DNA from: Vicinamibacterales bacterium
GTDB lineage: Bacteria; Acidobacteriota; Vicinamibacteria; Vicinamibacterales; SCN-69-37
Assembly (NCBI GenBank): GCA_036274235.1
Contig: DASUGC010000111.1
Location: 1 to 55,585 of the forward strand
Direction of reading: 5' to 3'
DNA length: 55,585 nt
Below the pieces are notes generated by a model. It was not told where the DNA came from, searched no databases, and saw nothing but the letters and a program-made list of their open reading frames with translations. Of this stretch, positions 55,347 to 55,585 are shown piece by piece; the stretch's first letter is position 1, and every line of letters begins with the position of its first letter. The position numbers and the translations under genes were made by a program.

Positions 55347-55585
55347 CGCGAAGCCCCGAGCGTAGCGAGGGCGCTGAGCGGCCGAGCGCCGGGAGGCGCG
55401 AGGAGCGTTTGGGGGTGGGGCCCCAAACGCAACTAAAAGAAAGTCCGCGAGGCCCCGGAGCGTAGCGAGGGCGACGAGCGGCCGAGCGCCGCGAGCGGCG
55501 AGAAGCCGCGAGTTTAAAAGACGAGCGGCGAGAAGCCGCGAGCCTAAAAAGAAGAGGCGCGAGGAGCGTTCGGGGGTGGGGCCCC
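55347..55585 (+). repeat. modular GCGAG-rich repeat cluster (sub-repeats a, b, c, each present twice), continuing past the window end
   Basis: Sub-repeat a is ccgcgaRgcccc(g)gagcgtagcgagggcgMYgagcggccgagcgccg, at 55347-55392 and 55446-55492. Sub-repeat b is ggcgcgaggagcgttYgggggtggggcccc, at 55396-55425 and 55557-55585. Sub-repeat c is cgagcggcgagaagccgcgag, at 55493-55513 and 55523-55543. Units are separated by A-rich spacers (aaaaca, aaaagaaag, tttaaaaga, ctaaaaagaaga). Confidence 0.8.

Noticed and set aside
55347-55585. Possible CRISPR array at the window end
   Set aside because: There are three different repeat types, each seen only twice and in shuffled order, at irregular spacing (about 100, 30 and 161 nt). 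The spacers are A-rich linkers rather than unique 30-40-nt sequences. No cas genes are in the window. I called it a generic repeat cluster instead.

Overview
GC-rich (by eye about two-thirds G+C, not computed), densely packed bacterial chromosomal segment with about 48 protein genes. I recognised no rRNA, tRNA, CRISPR array, transposase, integrase or phage genes. The gene content fits Acidobacteriota best (inference): three adjacent CarboxypepD_reg-repeat secreted proteins, three DUF4136 paralogues, about ten outer-membrane beta-barrel genes, two sigma-54 enhancer-binding proteins and many two-component parts. Housekeeping genes recognised with confidence are ino1, acs, the methylmalonyl-CoA-mutase catalytic subunit, gpmA, eno and glsA, plus a ZIP transporter, an SDR and ABC ATPases. 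Many long ORFs in the six-frame track are antisense shadow ORFs or 5' over-extensions typical of high-GC DNA, and I trimmed or rejected them. Four things look most worth follow-up. (1) Two paralogous ~90-aa STAS-like genes each sit directly behind a near-identical TGGCCT-N5-TTGC (-24/-12, sigma-54-type) motif and bracket a GAF-sigma-54 activator, a sensor kinase and a NarL regulator. (2) A sigma-54-type promoter precedes a four-gene envelope operon: DUF3011-porin fusion, secreted amidohydrolase, DcaP-like porin and signal-peptide glutaminase. (3) A seven-gene minus-strand envelope-glycan operon runs STAS antagonist, decaprenyl-phosphate phosphoribosyltransferase-like UbiA enzyme, coiled-coil/disordered protein, then four GT4 glycosyltransferases in a mirrored A-B-B'-A' paralogue order. 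Five of its junctions are GTGA start/stop overlaps, and two of its proteins have Arg-rich low-complexity tails. (4) Several short-repeat families occur: a period-9 GTACCCGTC-type microsatellite found both between genes and in frame as (G/R)TT peptide repeats, GCGAG-rich modular repeats flanking the last OMP gene, and hairpins built from tandem GTCCC/GGGAC or GGGGAACT units. All functional calls come from reading motifs in the translations. No database search was run.
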